Shown: positions 1 through 13,332, counted from the stretch's first letter. The stretch: 64,000 nt of DNA from Squalus acanthias (GCA_030390025.1 CM059431.1:141486001-141550000), one strand, 5' to 3'. Notes: generated by a model not told the origin, from the sequence alone. Program-made: numbers and translations.

Positions 1-2100
1 TGATCGCTCTTCCCCAAGGGACTCGCACGCAAGATTGCTAATTAATCCTTTCTAATTACATAATACCCAGTCTAAGATGGCCTGATCTCTAGCTGGTTCC
101 TCGACATATTGGTCCAGGAAACAATCCCGTATACACTCTAGGAATTCCTCCTCCACAGTATTGTTACTAATTTGGTTAGCCCAATCTATATGTAGATTAA
201 AGTCACCCATGATAACTGCTGTGCCCTTATTGCACGCGTCTCTAATTTCCTGTTTAATGCCATCCACAACCTCAGCATTACTGTTTGGGGGTCTGTATAC
301 AACTCCCACTAATGTTTTCTGCCCCTTGGTATTTCTCAGCTCTACCCATACAGATTCCACATCATCAGAGCTAATATCCTTCCTTACTATTGTGTTAATC
401 TCCTCTTTAACCAGCAATGCCACCCCACCTCCTTTTGCTTTTTGTCTGTCCTTCCTGAATATTGAATACCCCTGGATGTTGAATTCCCAGCCATGGTCAC
501 CCTGGAGCCATGTCTCCGTAATCCCAATTATATCATATCCGTTTACATCTATTTCCGTAGCTAATTCATCCACCTTATTATGAATGCTCATTGCATTAAG
601 GCACAAAGCCTTCAGGCTTGTTTTTTTAACACTCTTAGTCCTTTTAGAAATATTATTTACTGTAGCCCTGTTTGATTTACACCCTTGATTTCTCTGCCTT
701 CCACTTTTGCTTTTCGCCTTCCTGTCTTTTGCTTCTATCCTTGCTTCCCTTTCCTCGGTTTCCCTGCACAGGTTCCCAAACCCTGCCATTTTAGTTTAAA
801 CCCTCCCCAACAGCAGTAGCAAACACTCCCCCTAGGACATCAGTCCCGGTCCTGCCCAGGTGCAAACCGTCCAGTTTGTACTGATCCCACCTCCCCCACA
901 ACCGGTTCCAATGTCCCAGGAATTTGAATCCCTCCCCCTTGCACCATTCCTCTCGCCACGGATTCATCTGAAATATCCTTCTATTTCTACTCTGACTAGC
1001 ACTTGGCACCGCTAGCAATCCTGAGATTTCTACCTTTGAGGTCCTATTTTTTAAATTTACCTCCTAACTCCCTATATTCAGCTTTTGGGACCTCATACAG
1101 TTTTTTACCTATATCGTTGGTACCTATATGCACCACGACAAATGGCTGTTCACCCTCCCCCTCCAGAATGCCCTGCAGCCACTCCAAGACATCCTTGACC
1201 CTTGCACCAGGGAGGCAACATACCATCCTGGAGTCTCGCTTGCGGCCGCAGAAACGCCTATCTGTTCCCCTTACAATAGAATCCCCTATCACTATAGCTC
1301 TCCCGCTCTTTTTCACCCATCCTGTGCAGCAGAACCACCCATGGTGCCAGGATGTTGGCTGCTGCTGCCTTCCCCCGATAAGCAATCTCCCTCAACAATA
1401 TCCAAAGTGGTATATCTGTTTGAGGGGGGCATGTCCACAGGGGACCTCTGCACTACCTGCCTGCGCCTACTGCTCTGCCTGGTGTTCACCCATACCCTTC
1501 CTGCCTGTGCAGCCTTTACCTGCGGTGTGACCAACTCCCTAAACGTGCTATCCACGATCTCCTCAGCATCGCGAATGCTCCAGTATGCATCCATTCGCAG
1601 CTCCAGCGCCCAATGCGGTCTGCCAGTAGCTGCAGCTGGATACACTTCCCGCACACATCTTCGTCAGGGACACAGGAAGTGTCCCTGATTTCCCACATAG
1701 TACAGGAGGAGCATGCCACGGGGATGAGCTGTGCTGCCATGACTTATCCTTTAATTAATTTAAAATAACTCAAATCAATACCACAAATTACACTACAATT
1801 AAATGAGATACTCAAGGGCCCTTGTATACTAGCACTCCCTGCTACACAACAGAGACCTTAGAAACTATAACAACAAAAATTAGGACCTTCTAAACTTTAT
1901 AAACTTTTAACCTTAACTGTCAAACTGCAGAGTAGTATAAATACTCACCTGGCTGTACTCACCCAATCAGCTGCTTCCTCTTGTCTGCATCACTTTTTTA
2001 ATTGTGACGTGGCTCTGCAACGCCGCCTACGATCTTTGAAATTGGTAAGCCTCTGCAAAAAAGCCCGCGAAAGTGAGTTTAACTACTCACTGTGCTGCTG
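1..2100 (-). mobile_element. CR1-type LINE, 5' part: 5'UTR, frameshifted ORF1 (Cys/His finger + SGNH esterase), start of ORF2 (APE endonuclease); runs off the left edge
   Basis: ORF1 pieces 1740-791 (VACSSCTMWE..CGKC; RAIVIGDSIVRG..VVHIGTND..DGLHL). ORF 789-52 has endonuclease motifs (CLNAMSI, GITETWL, GGGVALLV, VYRPP, MGDFN). Confidence 0.93.
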
Positions 2101-4495
2101 CTCTCTCCGCTCCCGACACTGGCCTCTGCATCATACTCTCCAATCAGTACTCTGTTCTGAGTACTGTTGGGGTTGATGGTTCCTCTGGGGAATGCAGCCA
2201 GAGCCAAATCCACGGCACCATGGGTGGCTCATCTGCGCAAGGGGATGGAAGAAGAATGGAAGAGCAATAGTGATAGGGGGTTCGATATTTAGGGGAGCAG
2301 ACAGCCGTTTCTGCAGCCGTAGACGTGACTCCAGGATGGAATGTTGCCTCCCTGGTGCCAGGGTCAAGGATGTCACCGAGCGGCTGCAGGGCAATCTGGG
2401 TGGAGAGGGTGAACAGCCAGAGGTCGTTGTCCTTATCTGTACCAATGACATAGTCAGAAAGAGGGATGAGGTTCTGCAGGCAGATTTTCGGGAGCTAGGA
2501 GAGAGATTGAAAAGATGGAATTCAAAGGAAGTAATCTCCGGATTACTCCCGGTGCCACGTGCTAGTGAGTACAGGAATAGGAGGATAGAACAGATGAAAG
2601 CGTGGCTGGAGAAATGGTGCAGGAGGGAACCTGTTGGGTCGGGTTTAAGCTATCTTGGCAGGGGCATGGGTAACGGCATACAGTAGCAGAAAAGAGGAAT
2701 AAGGTGAATAAAAGAGTGAGTGTGTTACTAGAGAAGAAAGTAGTACAAGAGGCGGAAGTAGTACCATATGAGATAGGAGCAAACGAAGAAAGACTGCGAG
2801 AATTCAAAAATGGGTTTAGAATGCATGTACATAAACGCACAAAATTTGGAGAATAAGTTTGTTGAGCTACAAGCACAATTAGCCGTGTGGCAATAAGATG
2901 AGATGGCAATAACGGAAATGTGGCTTAAAAACGGTGAGGACTGGGTACTTAATATTCAAGGCTACAAGGTGCTCAGAAAAGATAGGGAAGGATAAACGGG
3001 GGGGGGGGGGTGCGGTGGCAGTGCTGATTTAGGAAGACATTGTAATGTTAGAAAGGGAGGATGTTCTTGAGGGGACAAGGACAGAATCCATTTGGTTGGA
3101 GTTGTGGAGCAAAAGGGTATGATCACGCTATTGGGGGTATTTTACAGGCCTCCAAATAGTGAGAGGGAGGTAGAGGAGCAAATCTACAGGGAAATCGCAG
3201 AGACATGCAAAAGCTATAGAGTGCTGATGTTGGGGGACTTTAATTACCCAAATATCGATTAGGATAATGCTATGGTAAAGGGAAAGGACGTGAAATAATT
3301 TCTGAAATGTGTTCAGGAGAATTTCCTTGACCAATATGTTCTTGGCCCAACTAGGAAGGAGGAATTGCTGGATCTGGTGCTGGGGAATGAGTTGGCCAGG
3401 TCAACCAAGTGTCTGTGGGAGAACACTTGGGTAAGAGTGATCATCATATCATAAGATTTAGATTAGCAATGGAGAGGAGCAACGGACAATCTAGAGTGAA
3501 ACTTCTAAATTGGAATAGGGCTAACTTCAATGGGATGCAAAAGGTTCTAGCGAGGGTAAAATGGAACCAATGACTGACAGGAACATCTGTAATGGAAAAA
3601 TGGGTGATCTTTAAGGAGGAGAAGTTCCACTACAGGCGAGGGAAATTCCGAAAAGACAGAAGTGTAAGGGAACCAAATAAAGTGCTCCTTGGATGACGAG
3701 GGAGATAGAGAAGATGATGAAAGCAAACAAGAGGTTGTATGATGCATGTCAGGTGAATTCTTCAAGGGAGAACCAGACCAAATACAATAAGTTGATAGGG
3801 AATGTGAAGATGAAAATAAGATTGGAAAAGAGAGAATATGAGAGTAGAATGGCGGTTATCATAAAGGAGATCCCAAAAATCTTCTACCAGCATGTAAACA
3901 GTAAGCTGGTAGTAAGACTTGGGGTGGGGCCTATATGAACACTTTGTATCGGTGCTTACTAAGGAGTTGGATGCTGAAAAAATATCGATAGAAGTGGAAA
4001 GGTTAGAAGCAATGGAAAGTTGAACATTGATATACAGGATGTACTAGAAAGATTGGGTATGCTTAGAGTGGATAAGTCGCCTGGTCCAGATGGCTTGCAT
4101 CCCCGGTTGCTAAGGGAACTGGGGGAGGAGATAGCGGAAGGGATTGCCATAATTTTCCAATCTTCCCTCGTTGCGCGGGAGGTGCCTGAGGATTAGAAAA
4201 TGGCAGATGTGACGCCATTGTTCAAGAAAGGATGTAAGGTCAATCCTAGTAAATACAAGCCGATCAGTTCAATATCAGTGGTGGATAAAGTATTAGAACC
4301 AATAATCAAGGAAAAAATTTACAGGCACTTGGAGAGGTGTAAGCTAATGAAGGAGAGCCAACACGGAGTTGTAAAAGGCATATCGTGTTTAACTAACCTA
4401 ATTTAATTTTTTGGTGACGTAACAGAGAGGATTGGTGAAGGCAATGCAATGGATGTTGTCAAAATGGATTTTATGAAGCCGTTTGACAAACTACC

Positions 4496-5221
4496 TTCTT
4501 CTTCTTCTTAGGCAGTCCCTCGGAACAGAGAATGACTTGCTTCCACATTAAAAATGAGTTCGCAGGTGACTGATGAGTCCAATGCGGGACCTACAGTCTC
4601 TGTCACTAGTGGGGCAGACGGTGGTTGAAGGGGCGGGTGGGTGGGGTGCTTGGGTTGACGTGCGCTCCTTGCGCAGCCTGCGCTTGGCTACAGCTTGCTC
4701 CCGGCGAAGAGACTCGAGGTGTTCGGCGCCTTCCGGGATGCTTCTCTCCACTTTGTGCGGTCTTGGGCCAGGGATTCCCAGGTGTCGGTGGGGATGTTAC
4801 ACTTTTTCAAGGAGGCTTTGAGGGTGTCCTTGAAGCGTTTCCTCTTCCCACCTGAGGCTCTCTTGCCGTGCCGGAGCTCCGAGTCGCGCGCTTGTTTTGG
4901 GAGTCTCGTATCGGGCATGCGGACAATGTGACCCGTCCATCGGAGCTGATCGAGCGTGGTCAAAGCTTCAATGCTGGGGATGTTGGCCTGAGCAAGAACA
5001 CTGACGTTGGTGCGCCTATCCTGCCAATGGATTTGCAGGATCTTGTGGAGGCAGCGTTTGTGTTACCTCTCCAGTGCATTGAGGTGCTGCGAGTGCAGCC
5101 TTCGGTCGCCTGAGGAAGGGAGTGTTTGAAGACCAGGACCTCGAACCCGGCACTAAGCTCATGGTCAACAGAGCAGCAGTGATACCCGCCCTGCTGTATG
5201 CCTTAGAGACATGGAACATGT
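4496..5221 (-). mobile_element. RTE-clade (BovB-like) LINE 3' fragment inserted in CR1
   Basis: QLRWTGHIVRMPDTRLPKQ..GGKRKRFKDTLKASLK and C-terminal CPT..CRSRIGLISHLRTH; (GAA)n tail read as cttcttcttcttc at ~4495-4509; imperfect ~10-bp target duplication acaaactacc/acaaagtact. Confidence 0.88.
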
Positions 5222-5382
5222 ACAAAGTACTACATAGAAGGCTGGTCAACAACATGAGGCTCATGGAATAGATAGATCAGTGCAGCTTGGATAATGAATT
5301 GGCTTAAGGACAGAAAACAGCAAATTGTGGTAAATGGTTGTTTTTCAGACTGGAGGATGGTAGACAGTGATGCTCCCCAAGG

Positions 5383-7466
5383 AATAAAAACAGAAAATGC
5401 TGGAGATACTCAGCAGCTCAGGCAGCATCTGTGAAGAGAGAAACAGAGTTGACGTTTCAGGTCGATGACCTTTCGTCAGAATTAGAAAAAAGCAGGAAAT
5501 GGAACAGATTTTTACGCAAGTGTAAGTGCTGGGATAGTGGAGAGGGGCTGAAAGAACAAAAGGGAAGGTCTGTGATAGTATAGAAGGCCGGAGAGGTTAA
5601 GAGACATTAAGAGATATTCAAGGCAAAAGGAGATGTTAATGGGACAGGTTAAGTTACAAAGGATGGCTCGAGATGAAGTGTAAATTTTGCTGGTCGAATG
5701 AAAGACAGCTGCCATGTGGGAGAGAAGGAAAGACACAAACAATTTGTGTGGATAAAAAATAGATATAGGATAGGGGCCGAGGTTATGATCTGAAATTGTT
5801 GAACTCTATGTTGAGTCCAGAAAGCTGTAAAGTGCCTAATCGATAGATGAGGTGCTGTTCCTCGAGCTTACGCTGAGCTTCAGTGGAACAATGCAAGAGG
5901 CCGAGGACGGTGAGAGGTCTGAGTAGGAGTGGAGCAAATAATTAAAGTGACCAGCGACCGGAAGCTCTGGATCCCCATTACAGACTGAACGGTGGTGTTC
6001 CGCAAAGCGGTCACTCAATCTGCGTTTGGACTCCCCAAAGTAGAGGAGACCACATCGTTAACAGCGATTACAGTATACTAAACTGCAAGAAGTACAAGTA
6101 ACTCACTGTTTCACCTGGAAGGGTTGTTTGGGGCCCTGGTCAGTGGGAAGGGGGGAGGTATAAGGGCTTGTGTTGCCTCTCCTGCACTAGCGCGGGAAGG
6201 TGTCGGGCAAAGGGGAAGTGGTGCTGGGGGTGGTAGAGGAGTGGATGAGGGTGTCGCGGAGGGAGCGGTCCCTTCGGCATGCTGAATGGGGAAGTGAGGG
6301 GAAGATGTGTTTAGTGGTGGAATCACGCTGGAGGTAGTCGAAATGGCGGAGGATGATCTGTTGAATGTGAAGGCTGGTGGGGTGAAAGGTCAGGACAAGG
6401 GGAACTCTATCGTGGTTCCAGAAGGGAGGTTGCAGGGGTGAGGGTAGAAGTTGCTGAGATATAACGGACACGGTCGAGGAGCTTGTCGACCACAGTAGAG
6501 GGGAATCCTCTATTGAGGAAATAGGAAGACATGTCGGAAGCAATGGTATGGAAGGTGGCATCGTCAGGGCAGATGCGGCAGAGACGGAAAAACTGGGAGA
6601 ATGGAATAGAGTCCTTACAGGAGGCGGGGTGTGCGGAAGGTGGCATCGTCAGGGCAGATGCAGCAGAGACGGAAAAACTGGGAGAATGGAATAGAGTCCT
6701 TACAGGAGGCAGGGTGTGCGGAAGTGTAGTGCAGGTAGCTGTGGGAGTCAGTGGGCTTTTAGTGAATGTTTGTCAATAACCTATCCCCAGAGATGGAGAC
6801 GGAGAAGTTGAGGAAGGGAAGGGAAGAGTCGGAGATGGACCATGTGAAGGTAAGGGAAGGGTGGAAATTGGAAGCAAAGTGAATGAAATTATCTAGTTCA
6901 GGGCGAGAGCACGAAATGGCCTGTTGCATTGTTCCACTGAAATTCAGCGTACGCTCGAGGAACAGCACCTCATCTTTCGATTAGGCACTTTACAGCTTTC
7001 TGGACTCAACATAGAGTTCAACAATTTCAGATCATAACCTCGGCCACTATCCTATATCTATTTTTTATCCACACCTTTTGTTCGTGTCTTTTCTTCTCTC
7101 CCACATGGCAGCTGTTTTTCATTCTGCCAGCGCAATTTACATTTCATCTAGAGCCATCCTTTGTTTCTTAACCTGTCCCATTTATATCTGATTTTGCCTT
7201 GAATATCTCAGAATTTCTCTTTACCTCTCCTGCCTTCTATCCTTTCACAGACCTTCCCTTTTGTTCTTTTCTCCCCACCCACCTTTCCCAGCCCCTTAAA
7301 AATCTGTTCCATTTCCTGCTTTTTTCCAGTTCTCATGAAAGGTCATCGACCTGATACGTTAACTCTTTTTCTCTCTTCACAGATACTGTCTGACCTGCTG
7401 ATTATCTCCAGCATTTTCTGGTTTTATTTCAGATTTCCAGCATCAGCAGTATATTTTTTTGTATTA
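5383..7466 (-). mobile_element. Penelope-like element fragment (RT C-terminus + GIY-YIG region) with a ~510-bp inverted terminal duplication
   Basis: Minus-strand ELDNFIHFASNFHPSLTFTWSISDSSLPFL, HPASCKDSIPFSQF, RVPLVLTFHP, DRFAEH..PVAGHFN. 6921-7430 is the reverse complement of ~5383-5900. Flanks duplicate the CR1 target (gctccccaagg / gtttcccaagg). Confidence 0.9.
5446..5483 (-). ncRNA. Minimal type I hammerhead ribozyme motif (PLE-associated)
   Basis: Minus strand reads CTGACGA-AAGGTC-ATC-GACCT-GAAAC-GTC-AACT: intact core, stem II, palindromic ACGT stem III and a GUC triplet. Confidence 0.8.
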
Positions 7467-7484
7467 GTGTTTCCCAAGGGTCTG

Positions 7485-7519
7485 AGAGAGATAGAGAGAT
7501 AGAGAGATAGAGAGACAGA

Positions 7520-7575
<56 letters not shown>

Positions 7576-7582
7576 GATAGAG

Positions 7583-7676
<94 letters not shown>
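7485..7676 (+). repeat. Compound (GA)n/(GATA)n microsatellite inside the CR1 RT
   Basis: Directly visible; lies between the CR1 PQGS-encoding and NDLD-encoding segments. Confidence 0.97.
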
Positions 7677-10624
7677 ATGAATGATCTGGATATTGGAACA
7701 CAGGGTAAAATTTCTAAATTTGCAAATGACACCGAGCTTGTGGTACTGGCAAACAGTGAGGATGATACCAATCGACTGCAATAGGACATAGAAAAGCTAG
7801 CAGAATGGGCAGGCAAGTGGCAGATGGAATTTCATAAAGAGAAGTGCGAGGTGATGCCTTCTGGCAGAAGGAACAGAGAGAGGCAATATACACTTAATAC
7901 ACCGTTTCAATGATTGGGAAGGGACAGAGGGACCTGGGAATTAATGTGCATAGGTCCCTGAATGTGGCAGGACATATTGAGGGAGTTGTTAGATATGCAT
8001 ATGGGATCTTGGGCTTCATAAATAGAGGTATTGAGTACAAAAGTAGAAAAGTTATGTTGAAACTTTATAAAGCGATGGTTAGGCCACAACTGGAGTAGTG
8101 CGTCTAGTTCTGGTCACCACACTTTAGGAAGCATGTGAAGCCCTTGAGAAAGTGCAGAGCACATTTCTCAGAATGGTTCCGGGGTTAGGGGATCTCAGTT
8201 ACAAGGACAGGTTGGAGAAGCTGGATTTGTTTTCATTAGAGCAAAGGAGGTTGAGGGGTGATTTGATAGAGATGTATAAGATTATGACGGGTTTGGATAG
8301 GCTAGACGGGAAAGGCTCTTCCCACTAGTTGATGGTACAAGGACTAGTGGTCACAGATTTAAGTTTTTGTTCAAGAGATACAGGGGGAATATGTAGGAAA
8401 ACGTTTTATGCAGCGATTGGTGAGGACCAGGAACTCTCGGCAAAAGGAATTGGTGGAAGTGGGGGCACTCAATGTTTTTAAGGGGAGAATAATAGGAACT
8501 TGAGGGAAATAACGGCTCATGGCTACGGGGATAGAGCGGGGAAATGGGAATGACTGGATTGATCTACAAAGAGCCGGCACGGACTCGATGGGCCGAATGG
8601 CCTCCTTGTGTGTCGTTATGACTTTATGACTCTATGTCATGACTCTATAATGGGTAGTGAGCAGGAGGTTGTGGTTAGACTAGGTTGAATATTAAGAGTA
8701 AGTGTGGTGAGCAGGAGGTTGTGATCAGGTTAGGTGGGACATTAACGGTAATGTGTAGAGCGCAGAAGGTTGGAATCAGATTAGAGGCGATATTAACTGT
8801 GATGGGTAGCGAGCAGGAGGTTGGGATTAGACTAGTGGGATATTAACGGTAATAGGTAGTGAGCAGGAGGCTGGGATCAGATTAGGAGGGATATTAACGG
8901 TAACGGTTAGTGAGCTGGAGGTTGGGAAGAGACGAGGTGGGATATTAACGGTAATGGGTAGTGAGCAGGAGTTTGGGATTAGACTAGGTGTGATATTAAC
9001 GGTAATGGGTAGTGAGCAGGTGGTTGGGATTAGACTAGATGGGATATTAACGGTAATGGGTAGTGAGCAGGAGGTTGGGATTAGACTAGGTGGGATATTA
9101 ACAGTAATTGGTAGTGAGCAGGAGGTTGGAATTAGACTAGGTGGGATATTAACGGTAATGGGCAGAGTGAGCAGGAGGTTGGGATTTGACTAGGTGTGAT
9201 ATTAACAGTAAAGGGAAGTGAGCAGGAGGTTGGGAATAGACTAGGTGTGATATTAACGGGAATGGGCAGTGAGCAGTAGGTTGGGAATAGACTAGGTGGG
9301 ATATTAACGGTAATGGGTAGTGAGCAGGAGGTTGGGATTAGATTCGGTGGGATATTAACGGTAATTGGTAGTGAGCAGGAGGTTGGGATTAGACTAGGTG
9401 GGATATTAACGGTAATGGTTAGTGAGCAGGAGGTTGGGATTAGACTAGGTGGGATATTAACGGTAATGGGTAGTGAGCAGCAGTTTGGGATTAGACGAGG
9501 TTTGATATTAACGGTAATGGACAGTAAGCAGGAGGTTGGGATTAGACTAGGTGGGATATTAACGGTAATGGGTCATGTGCAAGAGGTTGGGATTACACTA
9601 GGTGGGATATAAACGGTAATGGGTAGGGAGCAGGAGGTTGGGATTACACTAGGTGGGATATAAACGGTAATGGGCCGTGTGCAGGAGGTTGGGATTAGAC
9701 TCGGTGGGCTATTAACGGTAATGGGTAGTGAACAGGAGTTTGGGATTAGACTAGGTGGGATATTAACTGTAATGGGCAGTGAGCAGGAGTTTGGGATTAG
9801 ACTAGTGGGATATTAACGGTAATGTGTAGTGAGCAGGAGGTTCATCTTACATTAGGTGTGATATTAACGGTAATGGGTAGTGTGCAGGAGGTTGGCATTA
9901 GACAAGGTGGGATATTAACGGTAATAGGTAAAGTGCAGGAGTTTGGGATTAGACTAGGTGAGATATTAACGATAATGGTTAGTGTTCAGGAGGTTGGCAT
10001 TAGACTAGGTGGGATATTAACGGTAATGGTTAGTGAGCAGGAGGTTGGGATTAGACTAGGTGGGATATTAACGGTAATGGGTAGTGAGCAGCAGTTTGGG
10101 ATTAGACGAGGTTTGATATTAACGGTAATGGACAGTAAGCAGGAGGTTGGGATTAGACTAGGTGGGATATTAACGGTAATGGGTCATGTGCAAGAGGTTG
10201 GGATTACACTAGGTGGGATATAAACGGTAATGGGTAGGGAGCAGGAGGTTGGGATTACACTAGGTGGGATATAAACGGTAATGGGCCGTGTGCAGGAGGT
10301 TGGGATTAGACTCGGTGGGCTATTAACGGTAATGGGTAGTGAACAGGAGTTTGGGATTAGACTAGGTGGGATATTAACTGTAATGGGCAGTGAGCAGGAG
10401 TTTGGGATTAGACTAGTGGGATATTAACGGTAATGTGTAGTGAGCAGGAGGTTCATCTTACATTAGGTGTGATATTAACGGTAATGGGTAGTGTGCAGGA
10501 GGTTGGCATTAGACAAGGTGGGATATTAACGGTAATAGGTAAAGTGCAGGAGTTTGGGATTAGACTAGGTGAGATATTAACGATAATGGTTAGTGTTCAG
10601 GAGGTTGGCATTAGACAAGGTGGG

Positions 10625-11097
10625 ACGGTTATCCAACAGCCCTCTGGACTCAACATCGAGTTCAATAATTTCAGATCATAACCCTGGCCCCTATCACATA
10701 TATATTTTTTTTTATTTTATTTTTTTCATCCACCATTTTGTTTGGCCTTTTTTTCCCTCCCAGAAGCTGGCAGCTGTCCTTCATACTCCCAGCGCATTTC
10801 ACACTTCATCTAGCCTCTACCTGTCACATTACAACCTTCTCTTGCCTTGATTATCTCTTAATGTCTCTCAATGTCTCTTAATCTCTCCTGCTTTCTATCC
10901 CACCACTGACCTTCCCCTTTGTTCTTTCTCCCCCCACCCCCGCTTTTCCCAGCATTATACTTGCTTTAAATCTATTTCATTTCCTGCTTTTTTCCAGTTC
11001 TGACGAAAGGTCTTCGACCTGAAACGTTAACTCTGTTTCTCTCTCCGCGGATGCTTCCTGGACTGGTGAGTTTTTCCAGCGTTTTCTGTTGTTGTTC
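10625..11097 (+). mobile_element. PLE 3'/pLTR fragment inserted in the 51-bp array
   Basis: Similar to 6990-7430 (cagcc..tctggactcaacatcgagttcaataatttcagatcataacc...). Confidence 0.88.
10996..11033 (+). ncRNA. Minimal hammerhead ribozyme motif
   Basis: AGTT-CTGACGA-AAGGTC-TTC-GACCT-GAAAC-GTT-AACT; stem I AGTT/AACT is intact. Confidence 0.8.
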
Positions 11098-12374
11098 GGA
11101 ATATTAACGGTAATGGGTAGTGAGCAGGAGGTTTGTGTTAGACTAGTGGGATATTAACGGTAATGGGTAGTGATCAGGAGGTTGGGATTAGACTCGGTGG
11201 GATATTAACGGTAATGTATAGTGAGAAGGAGATTGGGATTAGACTAGGTGGGATATTAACGGTAATGGGTAGTGAGCAGGAGGTTGGAATTAGACTAGGT
11301 GGGATATTAACGGTAATGGGCAGTGAGCAGGAGGTTGGGATTAGACTAGGTGGGATATTAACGGTAATGGGCAGTGAGCAGGAGGTTGGAATTAGACTAG
11401 GTGGGATATTAACGGTAATGGGTAGTGAGCAGGAGGTTGGGATTAGACTAGGTGGGATATTAACGGTAATGGGCAGTGAGCAGGAGGTTGGAATTAGACT
11501 AGGTGGGATATTAACGGTAATGGGCAGTGAGCAGGAGGTTGGAATTAGACTAGGTGGGATATTAACGGTAATGGGTAGTGAGCAGGAGGTTGGGATTAGA
11601 CTAGGTGTAATATTAACGGTAATGGGCAGTGAGCAGGAGGTTGGAATTAGACTAGGTGGGATATTAACGGTAATGGGTAGTGAGCAGGAGGTTGGAATTA
11701 GACTAGGTGGGATATTAACGGTAATGGGCAGTGAGCAGGAGGTTGGAATTAGACTAGGTGGGATATTAACGGTAATGGGTAGTGAGCAGGAGGTTGGAAT
11801 TAGACTAGGTGGGATATTAACGGTAATGGGCAGTGAGCAGACGGCTAGGATTAGACCCGGTGACGCAGGGAGGAGAAAACAAACGTTTGCACATTATTAA
11901 TGAGAGACAGTCCGGTTTTTTCCATCCCTACACTGCTTTTTTAACTTGTTTTCTCTCTTTGTGTCTCACTGTATTTCACTATTTGAGCTCTTCTGTTATT
12001 TAATGTCTTCTTTAACCCACAGCAGATTTTTTGTGCCATCTAACATTTCCCCGATTTACTATTACGTAGTTTCTTGGTGATTCAGCTCATTGCCTTCCCT
12101 CTAACTCCTGTCTGTTGCCTCTGCTCTCTCCTTTTCCTAGTTCCAACAAAACCATTTCCCTTTTATTTTCAGTCCACACACGAGTTATACCCGAACCGTT
12201 TCCCTTTTCTTTGTAGAAATACTGATGGATCCACTGGGTATCTCCACCTCTTCATATCATTGTTTCAGATTCACAATATTTGCAGTTTTATCCATTTCTT
12301 TGATATTTGTTGCCAAATCCGTTCTGTAACATTCTACGATTCCAATATTTGATATTGCAACTATTTCAGTGGCA

Positions 12375-13100
12375 TTGATGAAAGCAAATCAGATGTTGGA
12401 TGTGCTAACAGGTCAATATTAAGCAGACGTAGTGAGATAATCCTGCTACCTTATTAATCATTGTTGTGATCGCACTTAGAATACTGTGTACAGTTCTGAT
12501 TGCCTCAGTACTAAAAGGTTATCGCAGCTATTGAAGGGAGCAACTAGAATGATTGAAAGTGTTGGATTAGGAGTTGTTATTGTGTAAATTGGGCATGTTC
12601 TCACTGGAAGAGAGAAGGTTGAGAGGTGATATGTTCGCTGATTCACTTTGTCCAGTATAGTAGAAACAGAGGACACAGTCTGTGCTTGAAGGAGGGTAAA
12701 TTCAAAACTACTCCACAGAAACAATATTTCAGTGAGCGAGTGGTCAATCTGGGGAACAGGCTCCCTCGGGAGATGGCGGAAACAGTTAGTATTGATTCAT
12801 TAAATGGCAAATTGATGAGATTTATTTCAAAAAAATCACATTTTGGGATGCAGTATATGAGTAATTTGAGATATGACATGGTAAGAGTAGCATGATTGGA
12901 GAAAGAGGTGTCTTTGGATCCATGGTTCCCGAAGCTCTCCACCTCTGGGGTTTTCCTCATCTCATGTCTGGGTCTGTTGTAGACTAATTGATAGAGATCG
13001 ATTAGTCAACAACTCCATTGTCTTTGTAGCATTCGATACGAGGATGTTGATGGGGAATTACACAGACCTCGGTCTTTTCTCATCGAGCAATTCCTTTGTT
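12375..13100 (+). mobile_element. Old CR1 3' fragment
   Basis: Degenerate HLEYCVQF-like segment and RGHSL..FSERVVNL.N.LP C-terminus. Confidence 0.7.
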
Positions 13101-13165
13101 AGGACATTCTGTCAATGCTGTGATGCTCGAATAATCTAAACTCATTCTGTGTCCCTCCCACTTAC

Positions 13166-13332
13166 TTGATACTCTTGTCCACTGAAATGGTCCTCGCCTG
13201 TTAACGAGAGACCGAGTCCCTCCACACCCTCTTCAACCGCCTGTTCTAGTCTGTCCCGGTAGAATTTCGTCAACTGGAACAGCTGGTAATCGTTACACTT
13301 TGTCAAGAACTCAGTGATTTTAGAGCTCGGAT
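13166..13332 (-). CDS. Internal coding exon of an NLR-like (NACHT-LRR family) gene; CARD/death-fold-like N-terminal segment
   Basis: Acceptor ttcacag| at 13333 and donor |GTAAGT at 13165; 167 nt, phase 1 to 0. Encodes (D)PSSKITEFLTKCNDYQLFQLTKFYRDRLEQAVEEGVEGLGLSLTGEDHFSGQEYQ, which resembles the N-termini of elasmobranch NLRC3/NLRP-like proteins (recognised from memory, not searched). Confidence 0.8.

Larger units (their letters stand above)
2130..8648 (+). mobile_element. Decayed near-full-length CR1 LINE hosting nested RTE, PLE and microsatellite insertions
   Basis: Esterase ORF1 remnant 2192-2686; endonuclease ~2800-3450; RT pieces (ADVTPLFKKG..SQHG, 4200-4490), resuming at ~5225-5382 and 7677-8580; 3' tail of TATGACTC-like repeats at 8617-8648. 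Confidence 0.9.
8650..11840 (+). repeat. 51-bp minisatellite (ATGGGTAGTGAGCAGGAGGTTGGGATTAGACTAGGTGGGATATTAACGGTA)n
   Basis: Roughly 50 units; interrupted by a PLE fragment at ~10625-11097; contains a 611-bp higher-order duplication. Confidence 0.97.

Noticed and set aside
7424..7816. (YLSI)n ORFs
   Set aside because: Translations of the GATA microsatellite.
11163..11900. 245-aa ORF of (MGSEQEVGIRLGGILTV)n
   Set aside because: By-product of a 51-bp unit lacking stops in one frame; other parts of the array contain stops and frameshifts.
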